DNA from: Nemertoderma westbladi
Taxonomy: Eukaryota > Animalia > Xenacoelomorpha
Reading direction: 5' to 3'
Assembly (NCBI GenBank): GCA_032718475.1
Contig: JAUCBJ010008254.1
Span: forward strand, 33,070-97,069
Length of the DNA stretch: 64,000 nucleotides
This document shows, in pieces, positions 1 through 11,632 of the stretch (positions within the stretch are counted from its first letter, which is position 1; each line of letters opens with the position of its first letter). The notes beneath the pieces are model-generated. The model was not told the origin of the DNA. It worked only from the letters and a program-made list of their open reading frames with translations, and made no database searches. A program made the position numbers and the translations under genes.

Positions 1-45
1 TACCAAGAACTCATCCCCGCCACCGACCAGGTAAATTATCCCAAA

Positions 46-3000
46 TTGGAAGAACACGTTGCACGCCTAGACGAATTCCACAAACAACACCGGAGGACCC
101 TTAGCCTCGTGAGAGGCTACGAAGAACAGTACTACAAGAGAGCCGAAAGAACAGACGCAGAATCGGTGCGAACCTCCAATACCAGGACCACAATTCATCG
201 AAAGAAAACGGGGTCCTCAAGACACCAGCGCTCCAGCGCTAGGAGCGAGATATCCGGCTCAGCGCGCAGTTCTCAAGGGGGGCCGCCACTCCGAGATCAG
301 CTACGAGAACAGAAGGCATTAGCCCTCAAAGCTCGGATGGAAGATGAGTACGTTCAACTGCAAACCGAGCAAGACATATTAGCCGCCGAAATGCAAAAGC
401 GGGAGGCCGAACAAGAGGTCGAACGGCGGGCCGAACAACATAGACAGGAGGCTGAACAACGTGAACGAGAGGCCAAACAGGAGGCTGAACAACGTGAACG
501 AGAGGCCAAAAGGGAGGCTGAACAACGTGAACGAGAGGCCAAACAGGAAGCTGAACAACGTGAACGAGAGGCCAAACAAGAGATCGAACAACGTAAATGG
601 GAAGCAGAAATGCGTAAACAACATGCCGAGGCCCAAGCGATTCTCATCCACAAAAAGAATGCGGATATTGCGAAACTCGCGGAATATGAAGCCGCACTTA
701 TAGAACGAGATATCCAACTATACGAGGACTGGGAAAGGGAAATAGATCAGGAATATGAACCAATCCCGGTACCGGAGTTAGAGAAGTCATTTACACCAAC
801 AGCGGCAAAACTTCCGAAACCCGAGATCCCGCCTATCATACAGTCTACGTTATCGGCACAAGCACCGGTGTTCCATCCCCCACCGGTTACGCTGAAAAAT
901 GAGGAACCGTGTTTCCCATCCAACCCCACGACAACGAGTGTACCCAAGTACGAGCCTGAAAGGGACTCGGAACGGGACGCCACTCCCCGATCCAACAACC
1001 CATTTATATCCACACCACAAACCCATAGTCGCATCATCATTAAAACTCCACCTATCATTGATCCATCGAGTATGGGAGTGAGTGCCAATAACTATAACCC
1101 TCCGAGTCACTCCAGTTCAGACGACGTCAGTATTATCCGGGCGTTGGAAAACCGCCTTGCCATGCCTAAGATGGAGATCCGCACCTTTGAAGGAGATCCC
1201 GTCGATTACCTCAGATTCAAGAAACGGTTCTTTGCGCAGATTGGATCAACGGACATAGCCGACGCACAGAAATTGGTATATTTATCGCAATACCTGGGTG
1301 ACAAACCACGCCGAATTATTGCATGTTTTGAGGGAGGTTCTCATGAGGCATACTATGACGCATGGAAAACTCTAGATAAAAGATACGGAAATACCGGAAC
1401 TATAATTAATAAAACTCTAGAGAGACTGATACAGGACGCGGGATCACTAGGGGACCCACAGAACATCCAGGAATTCTCCGACTCTATGAAAGATGCCTAC
1501 TATACTCTGAAACCCTTGAATAAGGAGGACCAGGTGAACAACATTCTAAACCTCCGACAGATCGCCCGGAAGTTCCCCGGATGGCTACAAAGTAAGTGGG
1601 CTTATAAATGCGTAGATCTCCGGCGCAGACATCCAGATCGAGATCCTAGCTTCCTTGAAATGTCGGCATTCCTGGACGATATCTCCGAAGCCATGAATGA
1701 CTCGATGTTTTCAAAACAGAGTCTCGCCAAGTTGGACGGAATAGAGAGCAACTCCAGGAGTAAGATACCCCCTCAGAAACCGAGATTCCGCCCCCCACCG
1801 GTGAGTACGATGGCCATCACCATGGCCGAGGATTCCGACGACGAAGACTACGAGGAACCGACATCCGCCGAGGAATGGGCGTGTTACCTTGCGAATTGGG
1901 CACCCGAGAGGGAAGGCATCACAAACTCCCTCCTCTGTCTCTTCTGTGGAGAAAAACATAAAGTGGAATTCTGCAGGAAGTTTCAGTTCGCCGAACTCGT
2001 CCCACGCTTCGAGGCGATAATGAAACACCGAGGATGCTTCCAGTGTCTTGGAACAGGTCACTATGTTCGGGATTGCGACCAAAGATCGTGCTGTGCCATC
2101 TGTAACGACCAACGTCATCACACGCTCTTCCACATCCCCGCGAACTTCGATTTCACTACCCTCCCCTTTCGGATCGAAGACAAGCGAAGAGGAGAAACGA
2201 ACCACGTTTTCAAAGGAACCCGGACAACCCAACGGAGAGAAACCAACCCGTTTAAAATCTCCACCGATACACCACAAGTAACAAATATTTCAGCCATGAT
2301 TAATCTTATAAATCGCCGCTACATGGTCTTCGCAAAGGTAATCCCAGTAAGGATTCAAGGAGTCGGCAAATCCCTGATGACGCTCGCGTTCCTTGATAAC
2401 GGGTCTGACGGAACCATCATCGACCGGGATTTCCTCGAGCAACTCGGCCTAGAATATGAACCTTGTAAACGGCCCATACAAACCATCACCAATAACAGAG
2501 AGGTAGAGTCCGGGGAGGTGCAACTCCAGATGGAAGGAGTGATGAAGGGCTACGAAACGGTTAAGTTAACCATCAAGAACGCCTTGGTACACACAGACCT
2601 CCGAGTGCGGTTCCGACAATCGGCCGAGTACGCCCCCCTCATACAATTGGACCGAGACGATGTAGATCTGAGGTGTCCGCAGTTGGACGTAAACCGCATC
2701 ACCCTACTGATCGGACTTGATACACCGGAACTACACATCCCCACCGGAGATATCGCCCGATCTATAAAACAGGATGACGGATTTTATGCTGAACGAACAA
2801 TAATGGGATGGACACTCTGCGGCATTAAGGAAGAAACTACTGACACCTATACCTACCTTCCCAAATGTCAGATTAAAGAGAATGTAACCTCCGTGGGTTA
2901 TTGCTCAGCTACGGACCTTGACGAGGATTTGTTTCTGGAGACCGAGAAAACCCAACAAGAGATGACGAAATATTTTAATCTAGAGACCCAGGAGTTCGCT

Positions 3001-6000
3001 GAAAAGGACGAAAACCCGTCCGAAGAGGATCAATATTGTATGGACGTTCTCGACCAGGCCACGTTCAAAGACGGACACTGGTGTTCACCTATGTTATGGA
3101 AGGACCCAAACAAACCAATGGCAAACAACGCCAGCATGGCACTTAGGCGACTTAAGGGGATTCTACGCCGGCTGAATGACCAACCCGAGATAAAGGAGAA
3201 ATATAATACCGTAATCCAAGGATATCTCGACGATGGATTAGCAGAAATGGTACCACGGAATGAACTGCAAGGTGGTAAAATAACATATTATCTCCCAACC
3301 CACTATGTGGTAGAAGCCCGGAAGGGTGGGAAAATCCGAGTGGTAAATGATGCCGCCACTATGTACCAGGGTGAATCCCTAAACAGTCAGCTTTACACAG
3401 GACCCAACATATATAGTACACTCATCGGCGTATTGATCAGGTTCAGGGAAAACCGGGTAGCATTCACCTGCGACATCAAGGCCATGTTTCATCAAGTTCG
3501 TACGCTACCAAGAGAATCAGACTGTCTACGTATCCTATGGATGGATAAAACACTAACTCAACAGGAGATTAGTCAACTCACGATAAAGGACGTAGACATA
3601 ATGCGTATGGTCGTCAGGATCTTCAGCGCTAAGGACTCGCCGGTAGCATGCAGTGACATGCTGAAGAGGACGGCAACTATGTGCGAAAACGAGTTCCCTC
3701 CAACCGTTTTAGAAACCATCCGACGATGCTTTTACGTGGACGATGGATGCGCCGGTGCAGATAATGTGGACGAGGCATATCGGCTAGCAATGGGGATGGT
3801 AGAATGTCTAAAGAAAGGAGGTTTTCCGCTCATGAAGTTCAGATCCCACGACAAAACACTTATGGAAAAGTTTCCGGAGGACATCCGACTGGAAAATAAC
3901 AAAATGTATTCGGAGGATGTGGAACACCGTGTACTCGGGATTGAATGGGACATAGAATCAGACGAATTCATTTTCAAATATAAACCCCTACCAAACCTAT
4001 GACAAAAAGGGGATGTTTGTCGATAAAAAGCGCCATCTTCGACCCACTAAATTTCATCTCTCCAGTAACCTTGGCCGGAATGAACCTGATTAAGGAAATG
4101 TGGATAGAAGGACTGGGATGGGACGAAGAACTCCCCCCACACCTCAGCGTCAAATGGAGAAAATGGACGGAGCAGCTCGAACACCTACATCTTATGCGGA
4201 TACCTCGACCGTTCTTCCTCGATAAACTACCCACCGATATCTTCCAGCTCCATACCTTCTCGGATGCTTCGAATGCCGGAATTGGCGTAGTCACCTTCTT
4301 ACGAAGACTCAGCAACGATGGAAACGGCGATATGAGCTTCTTATTTTCTAAAGCCAAGCAGTATCCGGGGAATTCGTAGCAACGATTCCAAGACTCGAGC
4401 TACAGGCTGCAGTTTGGGCAGTAAGACAGAATCGCATGGTCATGCGGAACCTACGAATCCCCATCGAGTCTCAACACTTCTGGGTCGATTCGAGTATAGT
4501 TCTCTATTATCTCCACTCTCCATCACGGCGTCACACTACGTTTGTTGCGAACCGAGCCACGGAGATTAAACAGTGTACCGGCCGAGAACAGTGGCACCAT
4601 GTGAACGGGAAAGAAAATCCAGCGGACTTATCAAGCCGAGGTGCCACCCCAAAACAACTCGGTAAAAGTAAACTTTGGCTTACAGCCCGGAATTCCTACA
4701 GCAGCCACAATTAACATGGAGTACCCGATTCGACCCCGAACTCGATAGCGGAAAATACTCCGAGGACGATAAAGAGATCCGTAAAGTCCATAGAAGCAAC
4801 GCAGTGGAAATTTATAGCTGTCTGACTGAGCCTGCAAAGGACTCGGGCAGGCACTATAACGTTGCGACGATCATGCAACCAGCGGCGTCTTTACATCTGT
4901 TGATCGAGCGAACCTCATCAATGAGACGGCTCATCCACCACATTATAACCCTTCACAACTTCCTACGGTGGAAAAATAACAAGCCGATAGTTCAACGGAG
5001 TATACAAGAACTCATTATCGCGGAGAAGTGTGTCGTTGGATATGTCCAGAGAGAAAGTTTCCCCAATGAGTGGGAACAACTCAGTGCGGGCAAGACCTTG
5101 AAACCGGATAGCCCAGTCTACCAACTGAGACCAATGATGGGAGAGGACGGACTGATCCGACTGAATACCCGGATGGTAAACGCCCCGGTCGAATATGAGG
5201 TTAAATACCCAGCGCTTCTGCCCGGAACTTCAACACTAGCCAAGCTATTAATTCAACAATGTCGCGAGGAGAACCATCACGCAGGACAAACCTGGATTAT
5301 AGCTAATATAAGACAAAGATATTGGATCACACACATCCAGCCACTGATCCGGAAAGTGTTGAAACGTTGCTTTGTCTGCAGAAGATATCTAGCGCCACCA
5401 CTCACACAAAAGATGGCCGACTTACCAGCCACCCGTCTACAGCCCGATTCCCCACCATTCTACGTCACCGGAGTGGACTGTTTCGGTCCGTTTACGGTCT
5501 TCGAACGACGATCCAACATCAAATGCTGGGGGGCCATATTTACATGCCTTAGGTCTAGGGCAATCTACCTAGACATTGTGGTGAACCTTACGCAACACGC
5601 ATTCATCAACGCTCTGCGTCGGTTCGTGGCAAGCAATGGGACATGTCGTCACATGTATTCCGATAACGGCACAAACTTTGTGGGAAGAGAAAGAGAACTT
5701 AGAGAGGCGATCGAGGGATGGTTTACCGATAACACCGCATCCCAAGTCTGGAAGGAACACCAGATACAGTGGCACTTCCAGACCCCCTTAGCACCCCATA
5801 CGAGCGGGGTATGGGAGAAACTGATCGACCTAGTGAAACGATCCATGCGCGTTGCTCTAGGAGACACCCGGGTAACCCATGACACCCTCCGCACAACATT
5901 CTGCGAGATCACAGCTACCCTGAACAACCGACCCATTGTCCCTATCCGCGACGACCCCACAGACCTGGAGCCCCTTACTCCTAATCACCTACTGGGGAGA

Positions 6001-6434
6001 CCTAAACTCATGTTCTCCCGGAGACAATGTTTCCGGATCCCAACGATATTGCGAGACATACGAACTGGAAGAAGGCCCAAGCGTTGGCAGCGCATTGGTG
6101 GAGAATCTGGGCCCAGGAGTACCTCATAACCCTCCGGACCAGGAGGAAGTGGAACAACACCTACAGGAATGTCGAAGTTGGCGACATGGTACTAGTAAAA
6201 GAAGACCTTAAAGACCGCGTCCACTGGCCTGTGGCGCGAGTTGTGACAATACATCCGAGTAAAGATGGACTTGCGAGGACTGTGACGATACGAACGGCAA
6301 AGGGCCACTACCAACGCCCTATCCAGAGGCTGTGCCTTCTCGAAGGCAATGACAGCGGTGACTCTACGAGAGGTGATAAGTTCCCTACTCAAGATCCTGC
6401 TGCAGACATTGGTGACAATTACAAATGCGTATAA
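46..6434 (+). pseudogene. gag-pol: Element A gag-pol, frameshifted (segments 46-4002, 3999-4379, 4436-4714, 4675-6129, 6027-6434)
   Basis: Gag core (FEGDPVDYLRFKKRF), three Cys/His knuckles (CLFC..H..C, CFQCLGTGHYVRDC, CAICNDQRHHTLFH), protease FLDNGS, RT DIKAMF/YVDD, Pao RNase H (LHTFSDAS, WVDS, NPADLSSRG), integrase HHCC, GVDCFGP, SDNGTNF, GVWE, C-terminal RPIQRLCLLE. About four frameshifts. Confidence 0.95.
445..600 (+). repeat. 33-bp coding tandem repeat (EAKQEAEQRER), coiled coil in Gag N-terminus
   Basis: GAGGCTGAACAACGTGAACGAGAGGCCAAACAG repeated about 4-5 times. Confidence 0.9.
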
Positions 6435-6711
6435 ACCCTTCTCATCCTGTTGACAAACTCTTTAAACTGTGATTTATCGACAATGAAAATGGACCCCCCT
6501 TAAACCAACTGTAACCACGCAATGGTATTTGTGTTTCCTCGTGTGTTATGTGGAGTCCAGCGTCACCCTGCAGAGGTTTCGACTGACGCAGGGTCGCTTA
6601 TGTATTGTTTACCCTGATTTTGGTCATCGGGACCAACGATATTGGATTATTGGAAATGGAAAAGATTTGAAGTGGAATTCATTGTATTCATCGCAGTATG
6701 TTATGTTGTCC

Positions 6712-7122
6712 GTTGCGTGCGCAGTTCGGGGCGTAGGCGGTGTAACTAGTCCAGCTGTAGATCCCGGATTGCCGCGCAACACCCCCTCTATCCCGTTATT
6801 CTGGTGGGTCCATGGTGCATCCACATGACTTCGACGATAGAGGGTTTTATGTTTCTCAGTCGCGTTATTCTGGTGGGACCGTTGCGTGGATTTTGGGGCA
6901 TAGGCGGTGTAACTAGTCCAGCTGTAGATCCCAGAATGTTGCGTAACCCTATCCCACATGACTTCGTCGACTGAGCTTTATGTTGTTGGGAGTGTTATTC
7001 TGGTGGGTCCCTGGTGCATCCACGTGACTTCACTCCTAGCGTCTTCATTGTCCGTTACGTGTGCAGTTTGGGGCGTAGGCGGTGTAACTAGCCCAGCTGT
7101 AGATCCCAGATTGCCGCGTAAC
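6712..7122 (+). ncRNA. Array of two modular structured RNA motifs (M1 x3, M2 x3) in the post-pol region of A
   Basis: Conserved cores GGGCRTAGGCGGTGTAACTAGYCCAGCTGTAGATCCC and GTTATTCTGGTGGG...CCACRTGACTTC, each closed by stems that change sequence but keep pairing. Confidence 0.7.
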
Positions 7123-7279
7123 ACCCCTTCCACGACAAAGATTTCCCAAAGAAGATGATTGAATGTAGTTGGAAATGATGAAAAGAAACAGACGACATTA
7201 CTATAAACCTGAATGGTGACGCGTATGATGATGAAAATGAAATGATGCGCACCCTGGTGCTGCGCTTATAACAAATGAT

Positions 7280-7535
7280 GACAGCCGGGGGGCTATAACC
7301 CCAATAATGATGTGGAAATAAACAAAATTGAGAATAAATGGTGGAACTAAATGATGTGGAAATGTGGAAATAAATGAAATGTGAAATAAACAGTGGAAAT
7401 AAATGTGTTGAAATATGTTGAAATAAATGAAATGAGATGAAATAATAAAGAGAAATGAAAAAAGACAAAAAAAAGGTATAAAAAAGTCTGAAGAAAAGAA
7501 TTGGAAAAAAGAAAGGACATAAAAAGTCATAAAAA
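7280..7535 (+). repeat. A-rich, purine-rich low-complexity spacer (AAATG/GAAAT repeats)
   Basis: Visible composition bias and degenerate GAAAT/AAATG units. Confidence 0.7.
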
Positions 7536-7768
7536 CTGGTTGGATATTAATGTATAGTTATAGTAACTGTAAATGCCGAATGTATTAGCAATAAGATGAT
7601 AGATGCCTATATAGCAATGTTATTTAATAAACTGAACTGAATTATTCTGCAATCACTATAGTTTCAGACTTTCTGGACTTATAATTAACTGATCTAATTC
7701 TATGGGAATATTCGCAACCCAGATCCCCTGACTTTGATACAAATTGGAGCACCCTGCTAAATGAGAAC

Positions 7769-10250
7769 GTGGAGTCGTTAAATTCACCGGGCGAGAGGGA
7801 CCGGATTCCAAGAATCTACGAGCCCTGGTTAGCCGATGCTAGTACGAGACTGAAAAGAACTCGGAACGCAAAGGCAACCGGAGGGGACGATTCGTCGTAT
7901 TGGGAAACGTTCCGGCAGAGCGTCTACAGATCCCGATGTTTGATCTACGACAACGAGGGAAACGCGACGCCCACCTCGAAAGTGATTACGTTGGCGAGAT
8001 GTCAAAGTTTCGTCGACGACAAGAGTACGTACCTCGCCCACTGGGGAAACCTGTCGGAGTGTACAGCGACGCTTCGAGAGGAACGTATATCGACCATCCA
8101 AAATCGCGACTACTACCAAGAAAAATACGGGGCGAAAGAATACGGTCGATCCTTGGTCGTCGTCCTCGGAACCCTGGACGGTTTGGTATTGGTGTGTCGA
8201 ATATTTCCGACACCCAGACAGGAAGTGCAGGCAGCCGGAGCGATCTGGTTGCTACCTCCGGAAATCCAAAAGATCCTCTTCGACTTCAACGTCATTAAAA
8301 TCGGGTCAGGATATAAAGGCGGACGTCCGGAACGACTACGCGAACGCTCCTTCAGGAAGAAACCGATGAGACGACCTCAACGCCCTTAGCCATTGCGTCG
8401 ACACTCAAACGCTACTAGCCTGGTTACGATTCGCCGAGTTCATGCGAGGATTCCAAGAGGTGAGACCGACGAAATCCGGGATCGGCTAACTCGCTGTGCT
8501 AAACGGCGGCATCGACTTCAAACCCCAGAAATTCCGGGACTATAATAAAATATATGGTGGATACCCGGGATTAGAAATAAAGAGCGAGCGAGAGGGTCGA
8601 TGGAAGGACGTTGATCGGAAGTGGACGATACACCAAAGGTGGGAGAATCCCGATCGACGGAACTACGTCTACGTCGTTATGGAGTGCTACACCGTCGCTA
8701 AGTTTATCTGTAAAACTCTCGATAACCTTATTACGGCGGTTCCTCTTTCCTTCGTCGACTACGACTGGAACGAGGTTATAAACCACGCGTTCAAAGCGGT
8801 CGAGAACATCACACAGGGAGAGACTAAAACACTCGCTGTTATCGATTCCTGGGACGAGAGCGGACCTTACGACATCCCTACGATTACCGAACTTCTCGGT
8901 GCGGAGGAGCCTCTGATTTCTTCGGAAGGGGAAGAAATATGGCTAAATGAGGGTGTTCTACTCTCCACCCCAAAGCGACAACTCGAGCCGGAGGCCGCTT
9001 ACCAACCGGCCGCCAAACGGGTTGCCTCCACCGAACCAACGACGGAAGCGGGCGTTTCCTCACCACTCGGCTTCGGTAGCCCTGCGAGGGAGTTGGTTAC
9101 TACCTTCGTGTTAAACGACTTCGGCGATACGTGCCAAAGGTTATCCCCGTATCCTTCCCCAGGTGGCGAAGACTGGTCATCGGAGATTCCGAGTACCAGC
9201 AATCAACGGACCCACTCAGCGATATTGGTCGAGAAGGGCCCCAGCGCTGCGCCGACTCCCGACGATCTCCTCGGAATCCCTCCGTCGAAAACCCCGGCAC
9301 CTCTTCGCCGACCAGCATTGGCTACCACACCCTCCGTTCCTCAGGATCCTATGCGACTAACCCGTTGGTACGCCGAGCAAACCGAATGGATCCACTGCCA
9401 GAAACGGTCGTCCGAGTTGAGACCGACGGGACACAAAGAAGGTTATCGTAGCGAGGACCTACTACGCAAAAGCCCAGCCTTCCGCGGGCTACCGACCACC
9501 GCGAGTATTCAGAAGAGCGACCGACGACTCGAGTATCACGTCGGCGTCCCGATTCCGATATTCCCCAGTCGAGAGATGCAGTTGGAGGTGTGCGGCGACT
9601 GTGGATCGGAGCAGTGCCCACGCGGTAGAAGGAATCGGGTTACCGATTCATGCCTCCAGCTCCTCGGGATACTCTATTGCCCATACTGCGCGACATCGGG
9701 CCATGACGTTTCCGTCTGTCCGATCCTATATAACCTCTGCACCACGTGCGGTTTCCGTGGACATTCCTCTAGCCCCCGCTGCTATATCAAATGTCCTACC
9801 AAAGACGTTACCGCTATGGGAAATATGGTCATGTTTGAAACATACGCAAACAGCCACATAAAGACCAAGGTTCGGAGAAACGCTCGGAATATCGCGCAGG
9901 AGATGGCGTGCGGGTACTTCTCCTTCCCGGAATGCCTCCACACGTCGGCCACGCTGCCTTTCCATTACGTGGATTTGTTGCTGAGCGCTGGATTATTCGG
10001 CCCATTCGAAGTCATTAGACGCTTATACTCGTATAAAGAGGAGTTCGGTGACGGAGAGTGGTTCCTCGAGGCTCGCAACTCCGAGTTGGAACGACGAACC
10101 GATATGATCCCGATGCCATCGAAAGGAAGAGCCGCCAGGAGACAAGCCGAAGCGTTGCTCACGATGGATGTTGACGCTCCTCTACCAGCTATAGCGATCG
10201 ACGAGAGCCGACGGGCGAAGAGGCGAAAGGCGTATCAGAGAAAGAAATAG
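7769..10250 (+). pseudogene. Accessory ORF of A: WRN/EXD2-like DEDDy 3'-5' exonuclease domain plus Cys/His Zn-knuckle domain (one frameshift near 8311, two stops)
   Basis: Joining 7769-8389 to 8496-10250 gives LIYDNEG (ExoI), LPPEIQKILFDFNVIKIGSG/IKADV (ExoII), HCVDTQTL and RWENPDRRNYVYVVMECY (ExoIII-like). The C-terminus has CGDC, CPYCATSGHDVSVC and CTTCGFRGH. Confidence 0.72.
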
Positions 10251-10425
10251 TGGATCGGGATATTCCAGGAACATCTATCGAACATTTATTTTTATACATA
10301 TATATATAAACTCTAGGCCAAATTAATCAAAACTATGCAATATTAAATTTGGGTTTTTTATATTGGGAATGACCTACGCAAACTCAATCTACCGACAGAC
10401 TTCACGAAGGTCATTGGGGGGGGAC

Positions 10426-11632
10426 TGTTCGCGGTATTTCAACTTTTCATAACTCGAGTTGAATATTTTTTGTATTGATTTAAAATGATTATTCCGATAT
10501 TACTACTGGGTGCAGGACCATGGGTTTTGGGCACATTCTATAAACTGGGGGCGATTTATGGGCGAACTTTGGGGCGACTTACAGGGTACGGGACTAATTT
10601 CATGTTTATAAGGGCCAGGGGGGGGATGGAAAATTCAAGCAGTATTCAGGTTAGCCTGATTACTATTAGGCCCTGGCCAACTTTCTGCTGCCTGTAGAGG
10701 TGGATTTGGTAACGCGCCAGGCCTAAAGGACAAGGACTGCCCTTAGCGGTCCCTGGCCAACAGCAGTTATTACGAGCCTGAAAAGGACATCGGAACACAC
10801 AGACAAAGGACTGGACTCTACTGGCCTACCGACTGTTCGGAGCAGTTTCTTGGCTGCCGAAGCGACTACGAGCCTGAAAGGGACTCGGAAAGCCTAGGTG
10901 GTTGGGTTTCTGTGATGAACCGACGGACCCCTAGCCAAGCTGTACTGGTTCTCGATGATCGAACCCTTCGGGGTTCGGGAGGGGTGGGACGGACACGCGA
11001 ACGGGTCCACCGACACGACAGACTCCTAGCCAAGCCGTACTGGTTCTCGATGACCGATCCCTTCAGGGTTCGAGAGGGGTGGTACGGATACGCGACAGAG
11101 TCTACCGACTGGACCGACCCTTAGCCAAGCCATGCTGGTTCTCGATGATCGATCCCTTCGGGGTTCGGGAGGGGTGGAACGGACATGCGACAGGGTCGAC
11201 CGACATCGACACTACGGCATCAAGACTAGGACCGAGGGAAAATCTGGGGAACATTAGTTAGGCTAAAATCTGAGCGAACAGTGGGTAATTAAATAATATA
11301 CTGTAGGGATTTATATTGTCGTGTATAATTATTGTGAATATTTGGTGTATATTGATTTGGGGAAGCCCAAAATTATTCTCAATCAGGATTGTACAGGATT
11401 GTACATTGTTACAGGATTGTAACAGGGTTCAGTGAGATTAACTACATTAAAGAATATATCCAACCAATGCAGCTTTTTCTCAACCGCAATCCTGCATCTA
11501 AGAAATTCCTCCTTCTCCACAATCAATATCCGGTGACTGGCCGGGACTCCGTGGTCTGTAAAGCCCCGCCTCCAGCATCGGCGTTTTTCCCCCCTGGTGT
11601 CGGGATAACAGCAACACCAGTCTTCCAGAACA
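10426..11632 (+). repeat. 3' LTR of element A (about 1.2 kb)
   Basis: Follows the PPT. Termini are TGTTC...GAACA. ATTAAA near 11446. Foreign RTE sequence begins at 11633. Confidence 0.8.
10931..11200 (+). repeat. Three ~95-bp tandem repeats within the A LTR, each with a CCC-TTCR-GGG hairpin
   Basis: TAGCCAAGC...TGGTTCTCGATGAYCGAWCCCTTCRGGGTTCG recurs at ~10932, ~11027 and ~11122. Confidence 0.85.

Larger units (their letters stand above)
1..11632 (+). mobile_element. Bel/Pao LTR retrotransposon A (5' LTR outside window)
   Basis: Gag-PR-RT-RH-IN order with Bel/Pao motifs. PPT GGGGGGGGAC ends at 10425, followed by an LTR TGTTC...GAACA (10426-11632). RTE endonuclease coding sequence begins immediately after 11632. 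Confidence 0.92.

Noticed and set aside
3990-6030. Programmed ribosomal frameshifts in A pol
   Set aside because: Multiple breaks fall inside conserved domains with no consistent slippery signals; decay or sequencing indels are more likely.
6712-7122. Assignment of the M1/M2 motifs to hammerhead, twister, pistol or HDV ribozymes, or to tRNA
   Set aside because: Diagnostic cores (CUGAUGA/GAAA etc.) and a cloverleaf are not present. Left unassigned.
8496-10250. env gene
   Set aside because: No signal peptide or transmembrane segment; the motifs fit an exonuclease and Zn knuckles instead.
11271-11280. GCGAACA as the end of the A LTR (7-bp inverse of TGTTCGC)
   Set aside because: LTR-like sequence with a poly(A) signal continues past it, and the RTE junction falls exactly after GAACA at 11632.
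11498-11632. C-terminal part of the 269-aa RTE ORF
   Set aside because: It is read-through into the antisense of the A LTR.
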